DNA of 64,000 nt from a virus (taxonomy: Duplodnaviria > Caudoviricetes), in the IMG/VR virus record IMGVR_UViG_3300021185_003040, positions 59,788 through 123,787 of that record. One strand, 5' to 3'. The translations under genes and the position numbers were made by a program. The notes beneath the pieces were generated by a model. It had not been told where the DNA came from. It made no database searches and worked only from the letters and a program-made list of their open reading frames with translations. This document shows positions 51,965 through 62,186 of this stretch, piece by piece. Position 1 is the first letter of the stretch. Each line of letters opens with the position of its first letter.

Positions 51965-52690
51965 TTATTTATTTTCTTGTTGATAATCAGGGTGTTTACT
52001 TTTCAAAGATGCAACACCCGATGGGGTAGGAGGTAATGAAACCGCAGTTCCTGATGGACCAACTCCGGTTGGATGTATATGGTTTTCAAAAAGAGTTAAA
52101 TACTCGTCTAACCATGCTTCTAGTGATTTACCCCTTACAGCGGGTTCTGAAGTATCTTCTCCACTTTCACCTGTATTACTTAAATATACGTCTCCTGAAT
52201 CTATGAATATTCTATCGTCCGTAGAAATTTTAATATCGCCGGCTTCATCTATTTGTATTATAGGTCTTTCTTTTGCACCGCTTCCTCTTGTAATTATAAG
52301 ACCATCTTCTTCTGAGTGATAAATTCTTACGTTTCTTTCAGCGTCATATACTAGACTTATTACATTTTCAGCATTGCCAGCTCCTTCTAATATATCTGTT
52401 TTAAGATCTTCGTTTTGATCTATATGAAACCAATATTCAGGATGATATAAATTACCATTATCAAATCTAGCTGAAACTATATCTCCTATTCTAGGAACCT
52501 GGTGAGAACCTACTGCGTTTCTATTCATAGGAGTTGCCCATGGAATAGCATCATCTGGTAAATTATCAAACTTTCCTAAAACTTTAACCTTACATCTACC
52601 CAGTTTAAGAGGATCGACATTGTCGATAACTTCTCCTAACCAATGTGTGTCTCTAAGATTATCAGTATTTAATTCCTTTTCAGTTGACAT
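51965..52690 (-). CDS. Baseplate central spike (gp5/gpV OB-fold)
   Basis: GEVIDNVDPLKLGRCKVKV, PWA.P, VP.IGD.V...F..G; C-terminal HIHP. Confidence 0.85.
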   Translation of the reverse strand: MSTEKELNTDNLRDTHWLGEVIDNVDPLKLGRCKVKVLGKFDNLPDDAIPWATPMNRNAVGSHQVPRIGDIVSARFDNGNLYHPEYWFHIDQNEDLKTDILEGAGNAENVISLVYDAERNVRIYHSEEDGLIITRGSGAKERPIIQIDEAGDIKISTDDRIFIDSGDVYLSNTGESGEDTSEPAVRGKSLEAWLDEYLTLFENHIHPTGVGPSGTAVSLPPTPSGVASLKSKHPDYQQENK

Positions 52691-52693
52691 ATA

Positions 52694-53944
52694 TTAATCG
52701 TTTACATTACCAAGAGACTGTGCGGCTGCTTGTTCTAAAGCACTTCCAACAGTTGCACTTGTATCTACATTAAACACATTTTCTGCGATGTTAGCTCCTA
52801 TATTATCTACTCCATCTGAAACTCCCCTTAGAGCATCTTGATATATGTTTTCGAAATTAGGAACTCGTCCTCTGACACTGTCCCTTGCTCCTTGAACTAA
52901 TTCATCTTTCTTTTCTCTTGCTAATCTGTTAATATCAGTTTCTGCTCTATCTTTTAATTCTTTAAGCTTTCCTAGTGCTTTATCTTTTAAGAAACCAAGT
53001 ATACCATCTGCTTCATAATCTTCAGAATCGGGTGCTGGTGAATATCCGTTTGGAAATGTATCTGATACTATTCCATTTAAGACTCTGGCATCGACTTTAT
53101 CTATAACTTCATATTTCATTTCGACAGTTTGCCTGGTTTGTTCACCTGGATTTTTAGTAAGATCTGCAAAAGGATCTGCTCCTGAATTTAGAGAGAATTC
53201 ACATTCTCTAAATCTAAACATAAAGAAAGGTCTTGCTGCATTTCCTGAAATACCTTCATTTCCATTCTCTACACCCAATGAAGGTTTAAAATTACCAGGG
53301 AATCCTTTAATAGTCTCTAAAGATATTTTCTTAGGAATTCCTGATAATGAAATTTTAGACATATTTTTTATAGTTCTAACCTCAGTAACGTATATTGTCA
53401 TTGAAAATTTTCTAAGATTTTCAGGTAATATCCAATTATGCTTATGTTCGTCAAATACGGCCTTTCTATATAAGTGCATTAAACCCGAAACCCTAAGGTT
53501 AATTGATTCTAAGCAACTTAACGTAAGCTTTGCATCATCTCCTCCTCTATATGGATTATTTGGGTCTATGCCTGCTATAACACGATCTACTCCCTGTATT
53601 CCTTGAAAAAACCATGGAGTATTTTTATTAATATCTAATAGTGCTTTTTTAAATTTTATGAGATTAGATAATCTTTCACTATAGAATCTAGTAGTAGGAT
53701 CGTTGTCATCCGGTTTGAACGTAATAGGATCTATTTTACCAGGAGTAATCGCTGTTGAATTATCAGAACCAGTTGCTCCCAGGTGTCGAGTATAATATTC
53801 TTCGGCAGCTCCTGAAAAAATAGGAGAATGCTCATGACTATTAACGTCAAACAATATAACGAAGGACAAATATGTAGGATCCTGGTATGGAGACTGCGCT
53901 AATTTACCCTTTTTAAAATCTACTATGTTTTTAAAGTCTGACAT
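52694..53944 (-). CDS. Baseplate / tail-tube-like protein
   Basis: QDPTYL.F, P.NLRKF.M.IY; context. Confidence 0.45.
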   Translation of the reverse strand: MSDFKNIVDFKKGKLAQSPYQDPTYLSFVILFDVNSHEHSPIFSGAAEEYYTRHLGATGSDNSTAITPGKIDPITFKPDDNDPTTRFYSERLSNLIKFKKALLDINKNTPWFFQGIQGVDRVIAGIDPNNPYRGGDDAKLTLSCLESINLRVSGLMHLYRKAVFDEHKHNWILPENLRKFSMTIYVTEVRTIKNMSKISLSGIPKKISLETIKGFPGNFKPSLGVENGNEGISGNAARPFFMFRFRECEFSLNSGADPFADLTKNPGEQTRQTVEMKYEVIDKVDARVLNGIVSDTFPNGYSPAPDSEDYEADGILGFLKDKALGKLKELKDRAETDINRLAREKKDELVQGARDSVRGRVPNFENIYQDALRGVSDGVDNIGANIAENVFNVDTSATVGSALEQAAAQSLGNVND

Positions 53945-53963
53945 GAATTATATATTCTTATTA

Positions 53964-55454
53964 TTATGATGTTGTTTCTGCGTTAACGTTATTGAGTCTA
54001 CTTGGCCATTCTCTTCTTAAAAGAGTTAGTTCTTGAGTAATTCCAGTGCTTTCTTTATACCTGTATATAATTCCAGCAATAACATAAAAACCAGTTAAAA
54101 ATTCATCTTTAATTTGTTCTGTTCCCATTTCTGAAGGATGTTCTGCCTCGGTATCTTGATCTGTATCAAATCCTTTACCTTCCTTTGATTCATTGATTCC
54201 TTGTGCAGCAGACATTTGTGTAAATCCACCTTTCAGAATCTGAACAGGTATCTTTTGCCACAGATGAATACCTGGATTAAATGTTTTAAGATTAACAACG
54301 AGCTTCATCTTATTCATTTCATCTAAGTTTTGTTGATTACTTATCGCAGAATAAGAATAATTAAGATGCGTACCGGGTGAATCATCTGATTGAATGGGAA
54401 GCCTACCTACAAATTTTGATTTTACCTCTTTAGTATATCTGTCTTCGCCTCTTCTGCCCTTTAGAGGTTCTTCAATGTCTTTCATATCATCGCTGGCAAG
54501 GGGTTCTAATTCATGAGCTACTACTCCTACGCCCGGTTCATAGTAAATCATTTTTCTTTTATATCCATTCTTTTTAGAAAGCGAGCCAGCGTTATTAACT
54601 AGAGAATAACTTTCTATAAATGTATTCGTTGAATTCATATTAGCGGCATTCGTCAATATGTTGCTTATCTCTATTTTATTAGAGCTCTGCTCTTCGCCAT
54701 CTTCATCAAAGTCCATTTCCATATTTATGAAAGTTTCATCTACGCCTTCTTCTGAATTTAATAATGAATTAATATCTACAAAACATATATTATAATAGGG
54801 ATCTATACAATATGTTTGAAAACTATTTTCACCAATATATGAGTGTTCTACTAAATTATTTAAAAATTCAATATTGGGTTGGCACGCACTAAGAGCTTTC
54901 ATTTTGTCATCAGATGCATCTATGTTTGTTGCTAATCCTAATTTTAATTTAGTTGCAAATTCTTCAATCTGTTCCCTAGAAGTTCCTTCATAGGATGCAC
55001 ATCCCTCAGAATACATTGTAGGTATTTTCATAGTTCCTTCCATGGAATATTTAGAACCATTTGTTGCTTTTTCTAAATCCCTGTTAGGAGGACCTGAAAC
55101 TTCATCTATATCAAAATCTATTCTTATGTCTCTAAAGGTATCTTGTTGTCTAGATGCAATTCTAATAGATATAACATCTCCGTCCCTAGGTGTTGAATCA
55201 CTGTCAAACGTTCCAGCAGTGTCCATTATTACAACATTGATTGTAGGAATTTTGTCATTACAGTTTATCTCTAAACGCCTTACATCTGCTTCTGAAAATG
55301 ATTTACCATTAATCACTATCATTGGAACAGGTCCTCCGATGGTGTGACTATGCTTATCTCCATCAGGTTCATCTTCTCCCATCGCATCAAACTTTATAAC
55401 ATCAAGTTCTAATGAATGATCTATTACATTTAAAATATGATTGTTTAATGGCAT
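53964..55454 (-). CDS. Baseplate hub protein (gp27-like)
   Basis: C-terminal LTGFYVI.GI.Y......QELTLLRRE typical of hub proteins; near gp5. Confidence 0.6.
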   Translation of the reverse strand: MPLNNHILNVIDHSLELDVIKFDAMGEDEPDGDKHSHTIGGPVPMIVINGKSFSEADVRRLEINCNDKIPTINVVIMDTAGTFDSDSTPRDGDVISIRIASRQQDTFRDIRIDFDIDEVSGPPNRDLEKATNGSKYSMEGTMKIPTMYSEGCASYEGTSREQIEEFATKLKLGLATNIDASDDKMKALSACQPNIEFLNNLVEHSYIGENSFQTYCIDPYYNICFVDINSLLNSEEGVDETFINMEMDFDEDGEEQSSNKIEISNILTNAANMNSTNTFIESYSLVNNAGSLSKKNGYKRKMIYYEPGVGVVAHELEPLASDDMKDIEEPLKGRRGEDRYTKEVKSKFVGRLPIQSDDSPGTHLNYSYSAISNQQNLDEMNKMKLVVNLKTFNPGIHLWQKIPVQILKGGFTQMSAAQGINESKEGKGFDTDQDTEAEHPSEMGTEQIKDEFLTGFYVIAGIIYRYKESTGITQELTLLRREWPSRLNNVNAETTS

Positions 55455-55458
55455 GCTT

Positions 55459-55926
55459 TTAAATTCTTATTTCCCCGTTACTTACTTCGATATTAACTTC
55501 TCCAGTCTTTAATATATTAGGAGGTAATATTTCTTTATTATATTTCTTACTTAAATATTCAATTCTATTTGCATCTTTAACAGGGAGCCTTTTAGTATTT
55601 ATGAATTGATCTCTTATCGGATTTTTCTCGTCTTTATTTAATGTTAATTTCCATTTCTTTTTACCATAATCTTTAGGTGGAATGTATAATACATCACCTT
55701 CTATAATAGAAAAGGGATTAGATATTCCATTAAACTTTAAAATAATGTCAATATAATCATGAGATCCATATTCTGATAAAGACACTAGATCTATTCTACC
55801 GGTCTCATCATTACTTACGATATGAATATCCTGTACTCTCGTTGAATCTGCAAAAATAAGAGTAGGAGCACTCATAGACAGTTTATTATCTATGATTTTC
55901 TTTTTATCTATAGAATATATTTTCAT
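55459..55926 (-). CDS. Baseplate wedge protein (gp53/LysM-like)
   Basis: RIDLVS...YG....DIILKFNGISNPF....GD.L.IP. Confidence 0.8.
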   Translation of the reverse strand: MKIYSIDKKKIIDNKLSMSAPTLIFADSTRVQDIHIVSNDETGRIDLVSLSEYGSHDYIDIILKFNGISNPFSIIEGDVLYIPPKDYGKKKWKLTLNKDEKNPIRDQFINTKRLPVKDANRIEYLSKKYNKEILPPNILKTGEVNIEVSNGEIRI

Positions 55927-55927
55927 C

Positions 55928-57703
55928 TTAACCGTTAGCTATTTTTCTAAATTCAGAATTAAGAGCCTTTCTTTTATCTTTACCACCATAAGCCGTTTCA
56001 ACGTACACTTTATTAACATCAACTCCGTCCTTAGGTTGAAGATAAAATCTACCTCTACCCATATTAAACATAGACTCTATATCTAATTTATCTCTTGCTC
56101 TACCTGGCTTTAATGTAATTTCAACTACCATTCTTTCAGGAAAATCCTGAACTCCCATGCCGCCTTCAAAGGTTACATTAGTTTCTCTACATGTTAGATT
56201 ACCTACCATCATTACTGGGTTTAATGGATTTCCAACTGTCAAGTGCCATGAACCGGTAGGATCTCCTGTTAATAGAGAGGCTGCGGCCTGACCACCCTGT
56301 GGAGAATTAAACATTTTCATTAAAGTACCACCTAGTATATTATTTAAAAACTTAGAATCTTTCCCATCCATTAATCCTCCTATATCTTTAGCAACTCCTT
56401 TAAACATGTCACCTAAACCAGACGCTACACTTTTGATAAATCCACTATAGTTACCAGATTTAATCATCGAAAGATCTCCTAATGGCTTTCCAGTAGAACC
56501 ATCTCCAACATATCGTACTGCTCCTCCCCAGAATGGTGCTTGACTTGAAGTCAATACCATTATATTAGCAAGTTGATCTAGCATCAATATTTTAGGGTTA
56601 GCTCCACTAAATGATCTTAACTCATATTCAAATTTAAGTTTAAATTCTTGATTAAACGTTAAACCTTGATCTCTGAAAGATACATTCTTAATAACGTTTA
56701 CCGGGCCAAAAACGTGATTAGGATAGGTATCACTATATGCATCATAACCTGCTCCACCATTTGCTCTTCTTTGGGCGGTTACTCCATCTACACCTGCATT
56801 TGCGTTTGCAGCTGCAGTACCTATTACACTTGAATCTAAAAACTGCCCAAAAGCACCTCTTCTGTTTTTATTTTGAGATTGCTTAGTCTGTACACTTGCG
56901 GTTTCATCTTTCCAATTATATCCATGGCTCCAATTAAGTATAGAGTTCATATTGTTACCGGTAACTTCACTCATCCATGTAACTGCTCTTGCAATGTCAG
57001 GCTGATCGACTGGTGTCGGATTTCCTGCTTTATCAACATCCATTGGCGCTATAATATCGTCCATTATAGGATATGGAAATCTTCTAAGAGTTAATAAATA
57101 ATTATTAGGTATTTTACCATTATATCTACACATTGCAAAATCAGCGTAATTATACATATAACCATAACCGGATCCGCCGGCAGCAGCTGCTTTTGTAACT
57201 TCTATTATTTTAGAAACAGAAGGATTATCTAATGTTTTAGGATCTATTTTATTATATTCTTTAATATCTACACCCGTCGCCTTCGCAGATCCACCGGGAG
57301 TAAAGAAACTACCTCTAAAATTTACTAAAGAATATTTATTAAATACAGAATAAGGTTTTAAACCATCGGTTATCGCAGCAGAAGCTACGCCTTCTTGTGG
57401 TTTTCCAGCATCATCTTTTTTATAGTAGATAACTGAGTCGGCTGTTTGTGTGTAATATGCATCTGCTTCTGAATTAATAGTAGGGCTAACGTTACTCAGG
57501 GGTTGACCTGTTTTCATAGCAGCATTCCTTGCATTTGGGTCTGCAAATTGACCCTTTAATATATCCTGTGGATCTACATTTCCGGCACCATTGCCGTCTG
57601 GACTAGAAAGATTAAAGAAGTTATCTACTTTATCTCCAAATCCTGAAACTGATGATTTTAAACTGGAAGCTGCTCCCGCTGATACTAATCCAAATAATGG
57701 CAT
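55928..57703 (-). CDS. Baseplate / tail-tube initiator-like structural protein
   Basis: WHLTVGNPLNP..MVGNL...FP....V.ITLKP; context. Confidence 0.5.
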   Translation of the reverse strand: MPLFGLVSAGAASSLKSSVSGFGDKVDNFFNLSSPDGNGAGNVDPQDILKGQFADPNARNAAMKTGQPLSNVSPTINSEADAYYTQTADSVIYYKKDDAGKPQEGVASAAITDGLKPYSVFNKYSLVNFRGSFFTPGGSAKATGVDIKEYNKIDPKTLDNPSVSKIIEVTKAAAAGGSGYGYMYNYADFAMCRYNGKIPNNYLLTLRRFPYPIMDDIIAPMDVDKAGNPTPVDQPDIARAVTWMSEVTGNNMNSILNWSHGYNWKDETASVQTKQSQNKNRRGAFGQFLDSSVIGTAAANANAGVDGVTAQRRANGGAGYDAYSDTYPNHVFGPVNVIKNVSFRDQGLTFNQEFKLKFEYELRSFSGANPKILMLDQLANIMVLTSSQAPFWGGAVRYVGDGSTGKPLGDLSMIKSGNYSGFIKSVASGLGDMFKGVAKDIGGLMDGKDSKFLNNILGGTLMKMFNSPQGGQAAASLLTGDPTGSWHLTVGNPLNPVMMVGNLTCRETNVTFEGGMGVQDFPERMVVEITLKPGRARDKLDIESMFNMGRGRFYLQPKDGVDVNKVYVETAYGGKDKRKALNSEFRKIANG

Positions 57704-57738
57704 ATTGTAATATTATGTTTTTACTAGGTTTTATATAT

Positions 57739-58329
57739 TCACAATTCTATGTCATCCAGATCGTCTGACTGTGGTCTATATAAAAGCTTATCATAATATT
57801 TATCCGTCTTTGGTTCCCTATCTCCTAGAAACTTCTTAAGATGGGCAGCATATACTCCCCGTGATTGATAATAATATTTGCCAGAAGAATATACACTTCT
57901 GCTTGAGAGTTCAAATATATCTTTAAAATTCTTTTCGATTAAGAAATCTTGTATATTGTTAAATAGATCTATTACCTCTGATTTGGTTTTAACACACATT
58001 ACGGAGTCAACTGAGATCATATAAGATTCCCACTTAGAGTCTATTTGATTTTGAAAGTCTTTCATAGATTTATAGTTCTTTCTAGAAAGACCGAATGTTG
58101 TAGTTCTATTATTAAAGTCTTTTGAAAACTTCATACCGAAGAGATATCTTTTTAAGAAATCTATATTATCATGAAACTTGGTAATTCTTATTTGATATCT
58201 TGGCATATCCTCGTCGAACTTAACGTCATGAATTATTGCATAAACGGGAAATACGATATGAGAATGTCTAGTGTTGGATATAAGGGCATGTATTCTTTCA
58301 CCCTTTGAAAATAACTTATGCCTTATCAT
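57739..58329 (-). CDS. Hypothetical protein
   Basis: 196-aa ORF in a coupled run. Confidence 0.65.
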   Translation of the reverse strand: MIRHKLFSKGERIHALISNTRHSHIVFPVYAIIHDVKFDEDMPRYQIRITKFHDNIDFLKRYLFGMKFSKDFNNRTTTFGLSRKNYKSMKDFQNQIDSKWESYMISVDSVMCVKTKSEVIDLFNNIQDFLIEKNFKDIFELSSRSVYSSGKYYYQSRGVYAAHLKKFLGDREPKTDKYYDKLLYRPQSDDLDDIEL

Positions 58330-58730
58330 TATAGATCGATTATCTTGACGCTTTCAAATCTTTTAAGAACGCCTTTAGGATAATCATCTCTATTAATAAC
58401 TGTTAAGTTTAGTGATGCATCGGGTTCTATTGTTTCTTGTAGAAATAATTTAAAGTTGTCAATAGTTTCTGCATCTAAATTTTTAAATAAGTAAATGATT
58501 TTTTCTAAGTCTGCATTCTTATTTAGAACATTAATGAAAGAATCTCTTATTGCAAGACCAATTACAGATCGATGTGGTTCAGTGTCATAGGGATCTGATT
58601 TAACTAGCTTATTTCTAATGCTATAAAAATCTATTACTGTTTCTCCCGGGTTGTTTCTACAGAATTTATTAAATTCCTTTCTACTGTTACACCACACGCA
58701 TTCTATTGTAATTTCGGTCGTTGTTGTCAT
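58329..58730 (-). CDS. Hypothetical protein
   Basis: 133-aa ORF overlapping its neighbours. Confidence 0.65.
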   Translation of the reverse strand: MTTTTEITIECVWCNSRKEFNKFCRNNPGETVIDFYSIRNKLVKSDPYDTEPHRSVIGLAIRDSFINVLNKNADLEKIIYLFKNLDAETIDNFKLFLQETIEPDASLNLTVINRDDYPKGVLKRFESVKIIDL

Positions 58731-59041
58731 CTTATCAATTTCTCCAACTCTTTAATTTTAGTTTGTAAAGTTTGGATTTTATGTTTTGTTTCGATGGTAG
58801 AGGGACTATAATTAGTTCCCCATTCAGTGACCACCTTTATTTGATTAGATTGTTTTGAATTACCAAAATCTAATCCGACATCGATACAGATATCTTTGAT
58901 AAAATTTAATCTATCATCAATACCTTTATCAAAATCATAGACAATAACTGACTCGTATTTCTCACCAGCCGCATTGATGTTATCATCTGTTACGGTTTTA
59001 ATTACACCGTTATCTGCTATCTTAAGAGTTATCTCCTGCAT
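58727..59041 (-). CDS. Hypothetical protein
   Basis: 104-aa ORF. Confidence 0.65.
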   Translation of the reverse strand: MQEITLKIADNGVIKTVTDDNINAAGEKYESVIVYDFDKGIDDRLNFIKDICIDVGLDFGNSKQSNQIKVVTEWGTNYSPSTIETKHKIQTLQTKIKELEKLIR

Positions 59042-59408
59042 TTAATCTTTCTTCTAGGGATTCTTGAACTTTTCTGTATATTTTCCTAGCCGCTTTTCTA
59101 TCAGCTCTATAAGTTTCTTTATCTTTGATCGTAGTCATCGCGAAGGCCTCTTCTAATAAATCAATCTCTTCCTTGTTATAACCGATTTCAGTCCATGTTT
59201 CTTTTAACGATTCTAACTTAGCTCCTAGTTGAGCTTCTATTTGATCATTGACTCTATTCGTATTAGCTTCATGAAATTGCTTTCCTTCTTCTTGTTTTAA
59301 AGAATACCATGCTATTCCTTTTTCAGAGAATCTTCCCCATTCGTTTTTAGCTTTTAATAATCCAGCTTGTTTATAGGTGTCTCTTCTGTATTTTCTTGCT
59401 TGACTCAT
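59022..59408 (-). CDS. Hypothetical protein
   Basis: 128-aa helical ORF. Confidence 0.65.
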   Translation of the reverse strand: MSQARKYRRDTYKQAGLLKAKNEWGRFSEKGIAWYSLKQEEGKQFHEANTNRVNDQIEAQLGAKLESLKETWTEIGYNKEEIDLLEEAFAMTTIKDKETYRADRKAARKIYRKVQESLEERLNAGDNS

Positions 59409-59926
59409 ATTTTATAATAATTAGTTACAAATTCAGTTATTTGTTCGTTTAAAAATTCTTGTAGGTTATTTATCTCTATTTGAGAAACAGCTGATTTAGA
59501 GATCTCTTCTAAGATTTGTTCCTTTTCTTCTTCAGAGTTTTCAACTAACATGTTAAATATTTCTTTCTTAGGAAGATTAATTCCTACACTTAATTGAAAT
59601 GATTCAACGTTCTTAGCAGATAAAGTTTTAATTAATTGACCGAGTGGAGAATTAGTTTCTTTAACTTCTACTTTCTTTTCAATTTCTTTAATAGGAGCTT
59701 CCTTCGCTTTAGGTTTATTATTTCCAATAAGATCAACTCCAGGAAAAGGTAATCCCTCGGCGGTTACTAGTTCTAAAAACTCAGGTAATACTTTGTTGAA
59801 TATTTTAGATCCATCTTTAAAGTAAGTAAATTCAGAATCTTTAGATTCTACCTCAACCACTTTACCAAAATTATCTCCCTTTTTCCACTGATATTTTACA
59901 ATATCTTTTTCTTCAGTTGTTTGCAT
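59405..59926 (-). CDS. Hypothetical protein
   Basis: 173-aa ORF preceded by a class-1 promoter. Confidence 0.65.
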   Translation of the reverse strand: MQTTEEKDIVKYQWKKGDNFGKVVEVESKDSEFTYFKDGSKIFNKVLPEFLELVTAEGLPFPGVDLIGNNKPKAKEAPIKEIEKKVEVKETNSPLGQLIKTLSAKNVESFQLSVGINLPKKEIFNMLVENSEEEKEQILEEISKSAVSQIEINNLQEFLNEQITEFVTNYYKI

Positions 59927-59944
59927 GATTTAACCTATTTTATT

Positions 59945-59971
59945 ATTATACACCTAAACTTAGAAAAGTTT
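59945..59971 (-). promoter_or_regulatory. Class-1 promoter AAAC-N17-TATAAT
   Basis: Conserved motif and spacing. Confidence 0.7.
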
Positions 59972-60175
59972 AAGCTGTGGTATAATATAGAAGGTATTAG
60001 ATTCTCCTTCTTGATAGAACTTTATAAAGTCGTTTATAAAGGCATGGGATGTAGATGGTCCTATCATTGCCTCTGTCTTTTTAATATACCTTCTAAAAAA
60101 CTCATGGCTTCCATGTTCTTTTAAATAGTCTTCTAGGCGGTTTACTTCTGGTAAGTTTATTCTATTAATGCTCAT
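59960..60175 (-). CDS. Hypothetical protein
   Basis: 71-aa ORF overlapping the deaminase stop. Confidence 0.6.
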   Translation of the reverse strand: MSINRINLPEVNRLEDYLKEHGSHEFFRRYIKKTEAMIGPSTSHAFINDFIKFYQEGESNTFYIIPQLKLF

Positions 60176-60671
60176 TCCATACGATTACTTGTTCAACAAT
60201 AATTCCTGCCTTTTTTAATAAAGAAATACCTGACAGATCTCTATATCCTTCACAGTAGAATACTTTTTCTACACCAGCTTGTATAATTAACTTAGCGCAT
60301 TCAAAGCATGGAGAAGTAGTAGTATATAGGATCGATCCTTTCGAAGTAAGTGTAGATTTTGAAATCTTCATTAGTGCATTTGATTCTGCATGTAAGACTT
60401 CTTGTTTAGTAACTTGTTTAGAACAACAAGTATCTTCACATTCATATCCTTTTTCTATTAGAATTTCTTTGTGGTCAGGATTATCTATATTTCTAGTTTG
60501 AGTTTCTTCACATTGATTATCAAAACCATGTGGAGTTCCATTATATCCAAATGAAACAATCTGCTCGTCTTTAACTACTATACAACCGACCTTTCTTCTC
60601 TCAGCATAACTGAGTTTAGAAATTTGATATGCTATTTGCATGTATATTACGTCTACTGAAATTCTTGGCAT
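60165..60671 (-). CDS. dCMP deaminase
   Basis: VGC, GYNGTP, HAESNA and PCxxC. Confidence 0.93.
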   Translation of the reverse strand: MPRISVDVIYMQIAYQISKLSYAERRKVGCIVVKDEQIVSFGYNGTPHGFDNQCEETQTRNIDNPDHKEILIEKGYECEDTCCSKQVTKQEVLHAESNALMKISKSTLTSKGSILYTTTSPCFECAKLIIQAGVEKVFYCEGYRDLSGISLLKKAGIIVEQVIVWNEH

Positions 60672-60685
60672 ATTACTTTATAAAT

Positions 60686-60718
60686 AAAAAGGGTCCATGT
60701 ATTATACATGAACCCTTT
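60686..60718 (-). terminator. Intrinsic terminator overlapping the -10 of a class-1 promoter
   Basis: AAAGGGTTCATGTA-TAA-TACATGGACCCTTT followed by a T-run. Confidence 0.75.
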
Positions 60719-60727
60719 AAAAAGTTT
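60701..60727 (-). promoter_or_regulatory. Class-1 promoter AAAC-N17-TATAAT
   Basis: Conserved motif and spacing upstream of dCMP deaminase. Confidence 0.7.
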
Positions 60728-60745
60728 ATATTGTTAATTTTAATA

Positions 60746-61648
60746 TTAAGCTTCTGGAGTTTCCTCACCAACAGCTGAATCAGACTCTTTCATCTCATTC
60801 ACTTTCTTAGAATATGATTCGATCATTTCATTACATGCAGCTTCATAAGCTTCAACTGAATAATCTTCTTTCATTTCTTTAAGAGATTGGGCAGCTAACG
60901 CTCCAACTAATGCAGCATTTTCTTTCATATATGTTTCAACAGTATGCTCATCATGTGCATCGTCTTCCCAAGCTTTAGCTTCATTTTTACATGATTCGTA
61001 AACCTCTTTTAACATATCAGAAACTAGTCTTACTTCTTCCTCTTCTTCAGCAACTTCTTCAGTTTCTTCTTCAGCAACCTCTTCAGTTTCTTCAGCTTCA
61101 GAAATTTCTTCATTTCCAGCAGCATCGACAGTGTCTTCTAATTCAGCTTCTAATTCGTCTGATTTGTCTTCAGGAGTTTCACAGTCATTGTCAACTACTT
61201 CAGTTTCATCTTTTAAATTTTCAGCAGGTAAACCAGCTTCTTCACCAGATTCAGTTACTACTTCTTCAGTTTCAACTGATTCAAATTGTAAAGAATCAAT
61301 TCTGATATTCATTGAAGCCATTTCCATCGGTTTAGTACCATCTTCATAGTCCACTGTTGCGAACATATCTCCAAGTTCTATGATTTTAAATCTTCCAGGA
61401 AATCTAACGTTTTCTCCGTAAACAGTTTCACCTTTCTTAATTGCTTTTTGAGCTTTCTTTAATTTAGGGTGTAAACCTTCGTTAAGTTCTTCAGTAGATT
61501 CTTCTACAGCATCACCGTTTCCTTGAACTTCTTCCGCCTTTTCTTCAGATTGTTCAACTGGCTCAGCTGCCGCAACTACGTCTTGTTGCACCTCCTCAGT
61601 TCTATCCATCTCAGATAAAAACTGTTCAAATGATTTTAATTTTGCCAT
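60746..61648 (-). CDS. Highly acidic leader-tagged protein (prohead core/scaffold-like)
   Basis: MAKLKSFEQFLSE leader; Glu-rich, with EETEEVAE repeats. Confidence 0.55.
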   Translation of the reverse strand: MAKLKSFEQFLSEMDRTEEVQQDVVAAAEPVEQSEEKAEEVQGNGDAVEESTEELNEGLHPKLKKAQKAIKKGETVYGENVRFPGRFKIIELGDMFATVDYEDGTKPMEMASMNIRIDSLQFESVETEEVVTESGEEAGLPAENLKDETEVVDNDCETPEDKSDELEAELEDTVDAAGNEEISEAEETEEVAEEETEEVAEEEEEVRLVSDMLKEVYESCKNEAKAWEDDAHDEHTVETYMKENAALVGALAAQSLKEMKEDYSVEAYEAACNEMIESYSKKVNEMKESDSAVGEETPEA

Positions 61649-61703
61649 AATTTTTTATTTTATTTGTTTTTGTTGTATTAATTACTATCTATATATCCCT
61701 TTT

Positions 61704-62186
61704 TTATAGGGTTTTAATCTTGTTTTGTTTCATCCAGGCTTCTAGCTCTTTAACTGCTCTATCGAATACCCTGTTTCTATCAATTTTTAATTCAAATGAA
61801 TTAAAGTAATTTTTCATCATATAATATGCAGGTTCTACGCTTTCATCATTCGCTGCTAGATCTTCTACATGTTTAGAAACTTCATACGCATAATATGCAG
61901 ATTTTTCAGCCATAGGGTTTGTCATTGCTTGATAGAATTGTCCACCATAAAATTTACCTACTATGTCTCCGAATTTTTCTTTCATTTCTATCCATGAAAT
62001 TCCTTCTAATCCAATCCATAATTTGGCTTGAACAGATTTTGTATCTTTTCTAATAAAACCTGCCTTAGCCATTTCTTTAGATATATCTTTAATTTTCTTA
62101 GGAATTGGTAATTTACCAAACTCTTTTTCCCATGTAGAAATTTCTTTATCGTTTACAAAGGATTCAAATAGCTTTATGTGTTTCAT
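61704..62186 (-). CDS. Putative internal head protein
   Basis: MKHIKLFESFVND leader. Confidence 0.55.
   Translation of the reverse strand: MKHIKLFESFVNDKEISTWEKEFGKLPIPKKIKDISKEMAKAGFIRKDTKSVQAKLWIGLEGISWIEMKEKFGDIVGKFYGGQFYQAMTNPMAEKSAYYAYEVSKHVEDLAANDESVEPAYYMMKNYFNSFELKIDRNRVFDRAVKELEAWMKQNKIKTL

Noticed and set aside
61040-61100. Tandem CTTCTTCAG-type repeats as a possible CRISPR or other array
   Set aside because: They are in-frame coding repeats (EETEEVAE) with no spacer structure.
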